NCBI GenBank assembly: GCA_026395195.1
Contig: JAPLZD010000047.1
Coordinates: 1-24,935, forward strand
DNA length: 24,935 nt
Source of the DNA: Candidatus Staskawiczbacteria bacterium
Lineage (GTDB): Bacteria > Patescibacteriota > Minisyncoccia > Minisyncoccales > Staskawiczbacteraceae
Direction of reading: 5' to 3'
This document shows, piece after piece, positions 6,869 to 14,252 of the stretch. Within the stretch, counting starts at the first letter, position 1. Every line of letters begins with the position of its first letter. The notes beneath the pieces are model-generated. The model ran no database searches. It worked only from the letters and a program-made list of their open reading frames with translations, and had not been told where the DNA came from. The position numbers were made by a program, and so were the translations under genes.

Positions 6869-8620
6869 TTATATTACTTCTTGTTGATAACATTGCTCGC
6901 AATAAACTATTTCCGGCCTATCTGGCGCGTAAGGCGTCTCGAATTCGTTGGTACATTTTCCAGTATGGTGCGCATGATTTTTATCGCACATGCATTGTCT
7001 ATGCCAGAGTTTTAAGGGATTTCTTTGGACCAATCTTTGATAATGCCTACAGTTTGGACAAAGCCTAGGTAAAGGCAAATTCATTTTTTTATAAAACTGG
7101 AGTTCTTGGGGAATAATCTTAAAAGCCTGAGTACATTGCTCATTGCATTTCTGGTTATGCAAACATTGTATAGTTTCTGCAAAAATAGAATCATCTACAT
7201 TTTTAATATTGTCTGGAAGCTGCTCTGCAGTTTTGGTAACATTGTAAGCCCGCTTATCAGAATCTTTCCATGAGTAGCCTTGTTTTTCAGCTTCTTCTTT
7301 GCTCAAAGGAAAATATTCTTGGGCGATAGTCTCATTATAAGCAAAGGGCGAAAGCTCGGGAGCAAAAAATTCACCGTATTTATAAATCCTCCCCCGCTTA
7401 TCAATATAAGGCTGGGCGTTCATGTGCTCAATAATCTTCGGCAGTAATTCTTCATATTCTTCTTTGGTGTACTGCTTGTTTAATATACAATATTGTTTGC
7501 TTCTCAAACCTGTACACCCAAAAAGATCATGCGAGCCAGTACAGTTTAATGAGTAAAAAATATTTGTACTGCCCTTAACTACCTGGCTAAACATATAATT
7601 GGCGTTTTCAGTAGATTCAAACCCAAGCGAAAGCGATTCGTACAGTCTTTCCCCGCGGCTTAGACCATATACATCGTAAGAATCTTTCAAACCAATACCT
7701 ATATAATGCGAATAAGCACAATCTTCATAATTATCGCCCGAGAAGTCAAAACACTCTTTGCAGTTTTTAGAATTTTTTAGATTATCTCCTGTAGATTGTG
7801 ATGTCTTTATCATCTGAGCATATTTACGGAGTGCTGTGGCACGCAACTCGTCAAACTTTTTTATGCAATCTTGCATAACCTTATAGCTCCCAAAATCAAA
7901 TTCCTTTAATTTTAAAAAATATTCCTCCTTGGTGTATGGCCGGTTGAATAAATAATACTGTTTGCCGCGAAGATTTGTGCTGAAAGAACAGTTTTGGCAA
8001 TTTCGGCAGTCAAAAAGAAAGTTTGAGTCAACACATGTGTCGCAGTACTGAGAATATTTCAAATTAAATGAATTTTCACATTGAATACATTGGTAACAGC
8101 GTTCGTTTCTTGTACCGGTATAGCAATCGGCGCTATCTTTACACATATAAATGCGGTTTGAGTAAAGTATTTCCTCGCTCTCCCTGCCAGCTAATTGGAG
8201 ATAACAGTTTCGCGCACCAGACATGTAGTTGCAATAATCAGAATTGCTCGGTGTAGTATTAAAAAGTGCCACAGAAGGCGTTTGCTGGAGCAATCCAACA
8301 AATTGCGTCATAAATGGCCGAGAAAAATTATAAATAGCGCCCGTAGCCATTGGATCCCAAGAATCAGACCACCAGCAGTCTTGGCAATAAACAACAAATG
8401 GCGATTCGGTTGGATAAATAGAAACTATCTGTTTTCCACATTTTCCGCAATTCCGTTTGTACAAGGTTCGCTCATTTCTCCATGTCATTTTGCGCATCAA
8501 TCTGCACTCAGGGCAAAATGTTGGAGCAGGTACTTTCATTTTTTCGTAAAAGGCAAAATCATCGGGCTCAATGGTAAAGTCCTTTTTACAATTCTGGCAC
8601 GTTTTAGTTTGTGCTTCCAT
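6869..8620 (-). CDS. Large Cys-rich protein of unknown function with duplicated terminal zinc-ribbon pairs (CPR-type family)
   Basis: About 37 Cys by manual count. C-x24-CxxC and C-x17-CxxC units occur at both termini, and a LRxKQY..N..YTKEEY motif occurs twice. Confidence 0.85.
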   Translation of the reverse strand: MEAQTKTCQNCKKDFTIEPDDFAFYEKMKVPAPTFCPECRLMRKMTWRNERTLYKRNCGKCGKQIVSIYPTESPFVVYCQDCWWSDSWDPMATGAIYNFSRPFMTQFVGLLQQTPSVALFNTTPSNSDYCNYMSGARNCYLQLAGRESEEILYSNRIYMCKDSADCYTGTRNERCYQCIQCENSFNLKYSQYCDTCVDSNFLFDCRNCQNCSFSTNLRGKQYYLFNRPYTKEEYFLKLKEFDFGSYKVMQDCIKKFDELRATALRKYAQMIKTSQSTGDNLKNSKNCKECFDFSGDNYEDCAYSHYIGIGLKDSYDVYGLSRGERLYESLSLGFESTENANYMFSQVVKGSTNIFYSLNCTGSHDLFGCTGLRSKQYCILNKQYTKEEYEELLPKIIEHMNAQPYIDKRGRIYKYGEFFAPELSPFAYNETIAQEYFPLSKEEAEKQGYSWKDSDKRAYNVTKTAEQLPDNIKNVDDSIFAETIQCLHNQKCNEQCTQAFKIIPQELQFYKKMNLPLPRLCPNCRHYQRLVQRNPLKLWHRQCMCDKNHAHHTGKCTNEFETPYAPDRPEIVYCEQCYQQEVI

Positions 8621-8627
8621 TTGTATT

Positions 8628-9053
8628 TTAGAATAACCCGTGTTGGCTTTTTAATAATTTTTCTACTTCTATGACGATAATTTTAACGAAATTTAAGTAT
8701 TCTTTTGCCTCTTTTTCTGAAATAATAGCTCCGCCTTCGTATAAATCAAAGTTTCTTTTTTTCCTCATCGCCTCGCCCATTATTTCAATATCTTTATCCT
8801 CCAAAATTTCAGAAAGCTTCTCTAAAATCTTAACATGATGGCCGGTTCTGCTTCTTATTCTATAATTTTGTGAGGCTATCAGGGTAATGCCAAGCTTTAT
8901 TAGACAATCATAAGAAAACTTAAATATTACTTCGGGATGCTTATTTTCTATTGCAATTTTTAAATCTCTTCCCGCGCCGGAAAAATATTTTTTAATTGTT
9001 TTTCCTTCAAATTTTCTTTTCTCAAAAAATTTTGATTCAAAGGATAAATCCAT
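8628..9053 (-). CDS. HEPN-domain protein (putative RNase toxin)
   Basis: 141 aa, predicted helical, R-x4-H (RSRTGH) and RKKRNFDLY motifs; directly downstream of an MNT gene. Confidence 0.72.
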   Translation of the reverse strand: MDLSFESKFFEKRKFEGKTIKKYFSGAGRDLKIAIENKHPEVIFKFSYDCLIKLGITLIASQNYRIRSRTGHHVKILEKLSEILEDKDIEIMGEAMRKKRNFDLYEGGAIISEKEAKEYLNFVKIIVIEVEKLLKSQHGLF

Positions 9054-9055
9054 TT

Positions 9056-9601
9056 TTATATGATTTTTATATGTTCTTTTGAAAATATATCAATAAGAAG
9101 TTCGTCTTTTTCCTTTATTTTCTTTTCAAATTCATTATTCAGCAATTCAATGGAATTTATTTCTCTGCCGGATAATTTTTGGACTTCCAAAAGTGCCTTT
9201 TGCAGTTCTGTTGTTTTAAAACTTCCCACAACTAAAACATCAATATCACTTTCATCAGACATCTTATTCTTGGCGTACGAGCCGAAAACATATGCCGATT
9301 CAATGCCTTTTATTTGCTTTAATTTTTCTTTTAAAATCTTCTCAAAACCAACTCCTTTCAAAATTATGTTTTTATACTCTTTGAGGAATTTATAATTTTT
9401 ATTTATGTAAAAATATCTTTCCATCCCCTGAAAATCATCTGACACAATTCCTTCTTTTTCCAGCTCGACAAGCTTTTTATGCACATTAGCAGGATATTCC
9501 TTGATTATTTTCGCCAATTCATTTATGTAAAAACGCTCGCTTTCATTTAAAATGAGTAAATTAAGAATTTTTTGAGTTATTTTTGAGCGGAGAGAAATCA
9601 T
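9056..9601 (-). CDS. Winged-HTH + minimal nucleotidyltransferase (MNT) fusion, putative antitoxin/autoregulator
   Basis: Exact GS-x10-DxD motif (GSYAKNKMSDESDID). N-terminal wHTH-like region FYINELAKII...NVHKKLVELEKEGIV...RYFYIN. Confidence 0.85.
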   Translation of the reverse strand: MISLRSKITQKILNLLILNESERFYINELAKIIKEYPANVHKKLVELEKEGIVSDDFQGMERYFYINKNYKFLKEYKNIILKGVGFEKILKEKLKQIKGIESAYVFGSYAKNKMSDESDIDVLVVGSFKTTELQKALLEVQKLSGREINSIELLNNEFEKKIKEKDELLIDIFSKEHIKII

Positions 9602-9605
9602 GTTT

Positions 9606-9645
9606 ATAGTATCTTCTTACTATGATTATAGCACTTTTATACTAT
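9606..9645. promoter_or_regulatory. Two tandem palindromic boxes ATAG(T/C)A-N6-TACTAT overlapping an extended -10 (TGCTATAAT, minus strand, 9625-9633)
   Basis: Box 1 atagta-tcttct-tactat at 9606-9623; box 2 atagca-ctttta-tactat at 9628-9645; 22-bp period. Confidence 0.65.
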
Positions 9646-9668
9646 AAATAGTAACTTGTTTCAAGTGC

Positions 9669-10676
9669 TTATTTTTTGCTCATTACTACTTTTTTGTATT
9701 CATCTAGGTGCTCCAAAACCGTTCCGGTTCCTTTGACAACGCAAAACAGCGGTTCTTCTGCCACAAAACACGGCACGCCGGTGCTTTGAGCAACTAATTC
9801 ATTAATTTTTGGGAGCAACGAGCCGCCGCCGGCCATAATAATTCCTTTATTCATTATGTCGGCAGAAAGTTCCGGAGGAGTTTCTGACAGAACATGTTTT
9901 ACCGCCTGCATAATTTCAGCCAGCACATCGGAAATTCCTTCGCAAACTTCATTGTTGGAAATTTTTATATTTCGCGGCAAACCTAAAATTAAATCCCTGC
10001 CCTGAATTTCTAAAAATCTCAATTCTTTTTGCGGCAAAGCCGTCCCTACTTTTATTTTTATTTCTTCAGCTGATTGCGTGCCGATTGCCAAGTTATATTT
10101 TTTCTTTATGTATTCAGCTATTGCTAAATCAATTTTATCACCGGCAACCCTGACAGAATGCCACGTTACAATTCCGCCCAAAGAAATTACTGCCACCTCA
10201 GAGGTGCCTCCTCCAATATCAATTATCATGTGTCCCGAGCAGGAATTTATGGGAATGCCGGCGCCAATGGCGGCCAAAATTGGTTCTTTGGCAACATAAG
10301 CTGATTTGGCGCCAGAAGATAAAGCTGCTTCAATAACCGCCCTCCTTTCTGTTGAAGTAATTCCTGCCGGCACAGAAATAACAACTTCTGGTTTAAAAAG
10401 CTTAAACCCTCCGGATGCCTTGGTTATAAAATGCCTCATCATAGCCTGGGTTACCTTATAGTCTGCTATTACTCCGTCTTTTAAAGGTCTGTAAACCTTT
10501 ATATCGGCCGGGGTACGGCCTATCATTTCTTTCGCCTGTTCGCCAACTGCTAAAATTCTGTTATCAGCCAAGGAAATTGCAACAACCGACGGCTCATACA
10601 AAACAACCCCCTTGCCCTGAACATAGACAAGAGAATTGCAAGTCCCCAAATCAATCGCAATTTTATTACTAAACAT
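9669..10676 (-). CDS. mreB: Second MreB/Mbl-like actin ATPase
   Basis: IDLGTCNS, EPSVVA, KEPILAAIGA, IDIGGGTSEVA, MAGGGSLL motifs. Confidence 0.92.
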   Translation of the reverse strand: MFSNKIAIDLGTCNSLVYVQGKGVVLYEPSVVAISLADNRILAVGEQAKEMIGRTPADIKVYRPLKDGVIADYKVTQAMMRHFITKASGGFKLFKPEVVISVPAGITSTERRAVIEAALSSGAKSAYVAKEPILAAIGAGIPINSCSGHMIIDIGGGTSEVAVISLGGIVTWHSVRVAGDKIDLAIAEYIKKKYNLAIGTQSAEEIKIKVGTALPQKELRFLEIQGRDLILGLPRNIKISNNEVCEGISDVLAEIMQAVKHVLSETPPELSADIMNKGIIMAGGGSLLPKINELVAQSTGVPCFVAEEPLFCVVKGTGTVLEHLDEYKKVVMSKK

Positions 10677-10679
10677 ATA

Positions 10680-11846
10680 TTACTCTTTTACTCTTTTTAT
10701 ATCCGCCCCAATTTTTTGCAGGCGTTCTTCTATCTTTTCATATCCTCTATCAATCTGAAAGGCATTTTCGATAGTTGTTTTGCCCTCTGCCATTAAAGCC
10801 GCCATCACGAGACAAGCGCCCGCTCTTATGTCCCAGGAATCTATATTTGCGCCAGAAAGTTTTGTCGGGCCGAAAACAAAAGTTCTGTGAGGGTCAACCA
10901 TCTCAATGTCAGCTCCCATTTTTTTCAATTCCTGAATATAATTAAATCTATTTTCGTACAAAGGGTCGTGCACCAAACTTTTTCCCTGCGCTAAAATCAA
11001 AAGCGGAATTATTATCGGCAACAGGTCTGTTGGAAAACCAGGATACGGAAGCGCCTGAACCTTTGCTGAATTTAAGTTCGACGAATGGGAAACTATAACA
11101 TAATCCCTGCCTTTTTCCAAATTAACTCCCATCTCTTCTAATTTTGCTAAAAACAAATCCAGGTGCGTTAAATCAACACCGGTAACCTTAATTTTTCCGG
11201 GAGCTATGGCTCCAATAATTATAAATGTTCCGGCTTCTATCGGGTCTGGTATAACCGAATGCGAGCATCCATGCAATTTTTCAACTCCTTCAATTTTAAT
11301 TGTGTGAGTTCCCAGCCCTTCAATTTTTGCTCCCATTTTCAAAAGCATTTCCCCCAAATCCTGCACATGCGGCTCTGCGGCAGCTCCCTTTATAATTGTT
11401 TTTCCTTCAGCTAAGCAGCCGGCCATCAATACGGCTTCAGTAGCTGTTACGGAAAATTCTTCTAAAACGATCTCTTTTCCTAATAATTTTTCACAGCTGA
11501 CTTCGTATATGCCCTCTTTCCTATTAATTTTTGCTCCCATTTTTTCTAAAGCATTCAACTGCACAGAAATCGGCCTCAAACCAATTCTGTCTCCGCCCGG
11601 CGGAGGTATTTTAAACTTTTTTGACCTGTTTAACAAAGCTCCAAAGAATAATACAGAAATTCTGGTTTTAGAAACTTTTTCAAAATCCATTTTTTCCGGC
11701 TCAACCTTTTCTGCTTTTATCTTTACCGATTCTGTACCAGTCTTCTCAACCTCAACTCCCATGCTTTTTAATATATCTAAAATATTTAAAATATCTTCAA
11801 TAAAAGGCACATTATCTATAATACATTCATCTTGAGTAAGCAAAGT
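10680..11846 (-). pseudogene. murA: UDP-N-acetylglucosamine 1-carboxyvinyltransferase lacking roughly the first 30 codons (5'-truncated or misassembled)
   Basis: PGGDRIGLRP, FSVTATE, AAAEPHV, PDPIEAGT, YPGFPTDL, IDRGYEKIE are intact. Similarity starts abruptly at TLLTQDECII; none of the three upstream minus-strand frames encodes the G-(A/S)-K-N segment. Confidence 0.8.
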
Positions 11847-11850
11847 AATA

Positions 11851-12954
11851 TTGATTTCGTGCGCGATTTGCTTTTTAATTGCGGCTCCAATTCTGGTCCT
11901 TTATTCAGAGGGCTATCGTTTTGATTTTGAAAAAATGAAGGTGGTCGCAACCGGTGGAATTTTCGTAAGAACATTTCCATCGGCAGACCAAATCACAATT
12001 GATTCTGCAATATCGGAAAAACCGGGTTTTTTGGCTAATTCTATTTTTGTACAAAGCCTTTTGCCAAAAACCCATACCATTTTAGTAATAAAAAAAGGAT
12101 ACTACGACTACAATAAAACCTTATCCGTGGAAGAAAATTCAGTTACTAAACTGGAAAACGTCTTACTTTTTAAGAAAGATATAAAATTTACCCCGCTAAC
12201 AGATCTGACAAAGTCTCCTTTTTTACCTGAAAACCAGCAGGAAAAATTTATAATCAGGAATAATAGCCTTTATTATTCTGATATCCCGCAAAACAGCTCA
12301 ATTACTGCCGCTGTTAAAAAAAATCCTCTCTTAAAAAACCTTATCGCCTTTGAAACTTCCGGAAATAAAATATTTTGGCTCAGCACCGACGGGTTTTTAT
12401 ATCAATCTGAAGTTTCAGCAATACCGGCGAGTGCCGACCAAATTTTTGCAAAACTAAATCTGACCGCTCTAAAGATTAATAAGAAGGGCATCTACAAAAT
12501 AATCACGGACGGCCAAAATATATTCTTAAACGACAATGGCGGGTTGTATATTTTAGACAGTAAAACAGATAATTTTGTGGCGTTAGCAGCCCCTATAATT
12601 GATGCGAATATTTCTCCGGACAGTAAAAATTTAGCTTATTCTGCCGGCAACGAAATTTTTATATATACAATCTCGGCCGACCCCGCGCGCACCTTTTTAA
12701 GAGCCGGTCAAAAAAATATTTTATACAAATCCAACAGCCCGGTTACCAGCGCGCTTTGGTTAAATAACGACTATATTATTTTTTCTAGCCAAAACAATGT
12801 AACAGCTTCCGAGATAGATTTCCGTGGAAATGTAAACTCTGTCGTGCTGTCAGAATCGTTAAAATCTCCGCAAATATATTTAAGCAGACAGGATAGCAAG
12901 CTTTATATTTTATCCGGAAAAACTTTACTTCTTTCAGAGAAACTCACCCCGTAA
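11851..12954 (+). CDS. Membrane-anchored PEGA-domain protein with C-terminal beta-rich region; 5' end probably missing
   Basis: TM-like segment then LYSEGYRFDF...TGGIFVRTFP...LLPKTHTILVIKKGYYDYNKTLSV (PEGA-like). No ATG; an in-frame TGA lies 4 codons upstream of the TTG. Confidence 0.7.
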   Translation: MISCAICFLIAAPILVLYSEGYRFDFEKMKVVATGGIFVRTFPSADQITIDSAISEKPGFLANSIFVQSLLPKTHTILVIKKGYYDYNKTLSVEENSVTKLENVLLFKKDIKFTPLTDLTKSPFLPENQQEKFIIRNNSLYYSDIPQNSSITAAVKKNPLLKNLIAFETSGNKIFWLSTDGFLYQSEVSAIPASADQIFAKLNLTALKINKKGIYKIITDGQNIFLNDNGGLYILDSKTDNFVALAAPIIDANISPDSKNLAYSAGNEIFIYTISADPARTFLRAGQKNILYKSNSPVTSALWLNNDYIIFSSQNNVTASEIDFRGNVNSVVLSESLKSPQIYLSRQDSKLYILSGKTLLLSEKLTP

Positions 12955-13627
12955 AACAAAAAACCGCCGAGTAGGCGGTTGTGTGTTCGTAAGAATCGCC
13001 GTGTGGTGCCTTGCATGTATCCTTAAAGGCGCAATATTTGCACTGCCAGTTGCGCGGGTAGTCTGCCAATCTTGCCGGTACTTCCCCTTTTTCCACCTGG
13101 TCTTTCAGCGCGTAAAATTTATCTAATAGAGATTTGCACACCGTCTCGTCATAATCTACAAAAAACTCTTTCATGTTTTGCTGGTCTTTATCTATGTAAA
13201 GCAAAATTCCTTTTTTAATATTAAAAAAATGCAAATAAAGCTGTATTTGATAAACATTTTCTTCTTTAGGAGTTGACAAGTTCCTGAAAATCATGCTGTT
13301 CATGCTTTTAATATCCAGCACATAATTTTCATTATTAACGCATAAAATTGCGTCGGCTCTTCCGGAAATTATTTCCTGCGAAGGAATGGGCACCTCTGTA
13401 ACCACGCCCATTCTTAATCTGTATAAAATGTTAAAAATGTTCCGGTGTATATTTTCACCGTGTTCGAATATGCGCATGATTCTTGGGTCGGTCGGTTCTT
13501 TGGGCGCGTTTTTAAACTTAAAAAAAACAGCGCGGGGGCATTTGCCTGCGTCTGTAATATAAAACCTTGTCTGCTCTTTATTTTTTTGGTTCTCCAAATA
13601 AAACTGGTCAATTAACTCTTTTAGCAT
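12944..13627 (-). CDS. Cas4-like PD-(D/E)XK nuclease, not CRISPR-linked in this window
   Basis: N-terminal CPR Cys, GENIH, GRADA, DIKS, QIQLY, C-terminal CKYC-x5-C: the 1+3 Cys Fe-S arrangement of Cas4/AddB-type nucleases. Confidence 0.82.
   Translation of the reverse strand: MLKELIDQFYLENQKNKEQTRFYITDAGKCPRAVFFKFKNAPKEPTDPRIMRIFEHGENIHRNIFNILYRLRMGVVTEVPIPSQEIISGRADAILCVNNENYVLDIKSMNSMIFRNLSTPKEENVYQIQLYLHFFNIKKGILLYIDKDQQNMKEFFVDYDETVCKSLLDKFYALKDQVEKGEVPARLADYPRNWQCKYCAFKDTCKAPHGDSYEHTTAYSAVFCFTG
12955..12980. terminator. Intrinsic terminator hairpin between convergent genes
   Basis: Stem AACCGCC (12962-12968), loop GAGTA, GGCGGTT (12974-12980); U-tract on the minus strand (ttttgtttt). 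Confidence 0.7.
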
Positions 13628-13633
13628 ACTAAC

Positions 13634-13662
13634 ATTTTATTTTATTTTACAAAAAATAGCAA
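13634..13662 (-). promoter_or_regulatory. Sigma70-type promoter TTGCTA-N17-TAAAAT, 6 nt from the nuclease ATG
   Basis: -35 at 13657-13662, -10 at 13634-13639, exact 17-bp spacer, located immediately after the rpsI terminator. Confidence 0.6.
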
Positions 13663-13668
13663 TAGACA

Positions 13669-13692
13669 AAAAGCCGCCAGAAGGCGGCTTTT
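13669..13692 (-). terminator. Intrinsic terminator of the ribosomal protein operon
   Basis: AAAAGCCGCC-agaa-GGCGGCTTTT, a perfect 10-bp inverted repeat 7 nt after the rpsI stop. Confidence 0.88.
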
Positions 13693-13699
13693 AAAATCT

Positions 13700-14248
13700 T
13701 TATCTTTTTGCCCACTGGGGTGCTTTGCGGGCGCGCTTTAAGCCGAATTTCTTTCTTTCGCGCATTCGCGGGTCACGGGTTAAAAATCCTGCTTTTCTTA
13801 ATCTTTTTCTAAAATTATTATTAAAATCAACCAAAACTCTAGCTGTTCCGTGCCTGATTGCTTCTGCCTGGGCTGAATGTCCTCCGCCTTTCACTTTTAC
13901 TGTAACCCTGAATTTATCCAAACATTTCATTTTTTTCATTGAAGCAACGCAGCTTTCCTGGTCTTCTGTCAAAACAAAATATTTAGTATATGGTTTGTTG
14001 TTAACAATAAATTCTTTGTCCCCTTTTGTAAAAAGCCTAATGCGCGCGACTGCTGTTTTTCTCCTGCCGATTGCCTCAAAATATCTGTCAGATTTTCCGG
14101 CTTTGGCAATTTCTTTTGAAATTTCGTCGTCGGCGATTTCATCGGCTGTATCTAAAACAGCATCAACTGGAGCAGCCGGTGTCTCAACTTTTACTTCCTC
14201 AACTTTTTCAGGGGTACCCTTTGGGTCCTTTTTAGTTCGTGGTGCCAT
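13700..14248 (-). CDS. rpsI: 30S ribosomal protein S9 with long N-terminal extension
   Basis: GRRKTAVAR, VKGGGHSAQAEAIRHG, LTRDPRMRERKKFGLKRARKAPQWAKR. I chose the ATG at 14248 because the TTG at 14260 lies inside rplM. Confidence 0.95.
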   Translation of the reverse strand: MAPRTKKDPKGTPEKVEEVKVETPAAPVDAVLDTADEIADDEISKEIAKAGKSDRYFEAIGRRKTAVARIRLFTKGDKEFIVNNKPYTKYFVLTEDQESCVASMKKMKCLDKFRVTVKVKGGGHSAQAEAIRHGTARVLVDFNNNFRKRLRKAGFLTRDPRMRERKKFGLKRARKAPQWAKR

Positions 14249-14252
14249 ATTT

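Noticed and set aside
11817-11822. TATAAT inside murA as a promoter for the PEGA gene
   Set aside because: No -35 or TG extension; it is explained by Ile-Ile-Asp codons in AT-rich DNA.
11847-11940. Frameshift or alternative start restoring the MurA N-terminus
   Set aside because: I translated all three minus-strand frames by hand. None resembles the MurA N-terminus and two hit stops quickly.
11847-12960. Simple inversion explaining the lone plus-strand PEGA gene and the murA truncation
   Set aside because: An inversion would place the murA 5' end after the PEGA stop. That region holds a terminator and the nuclease 3' end instead, and I saw no flanking inverted repeats or invertase.
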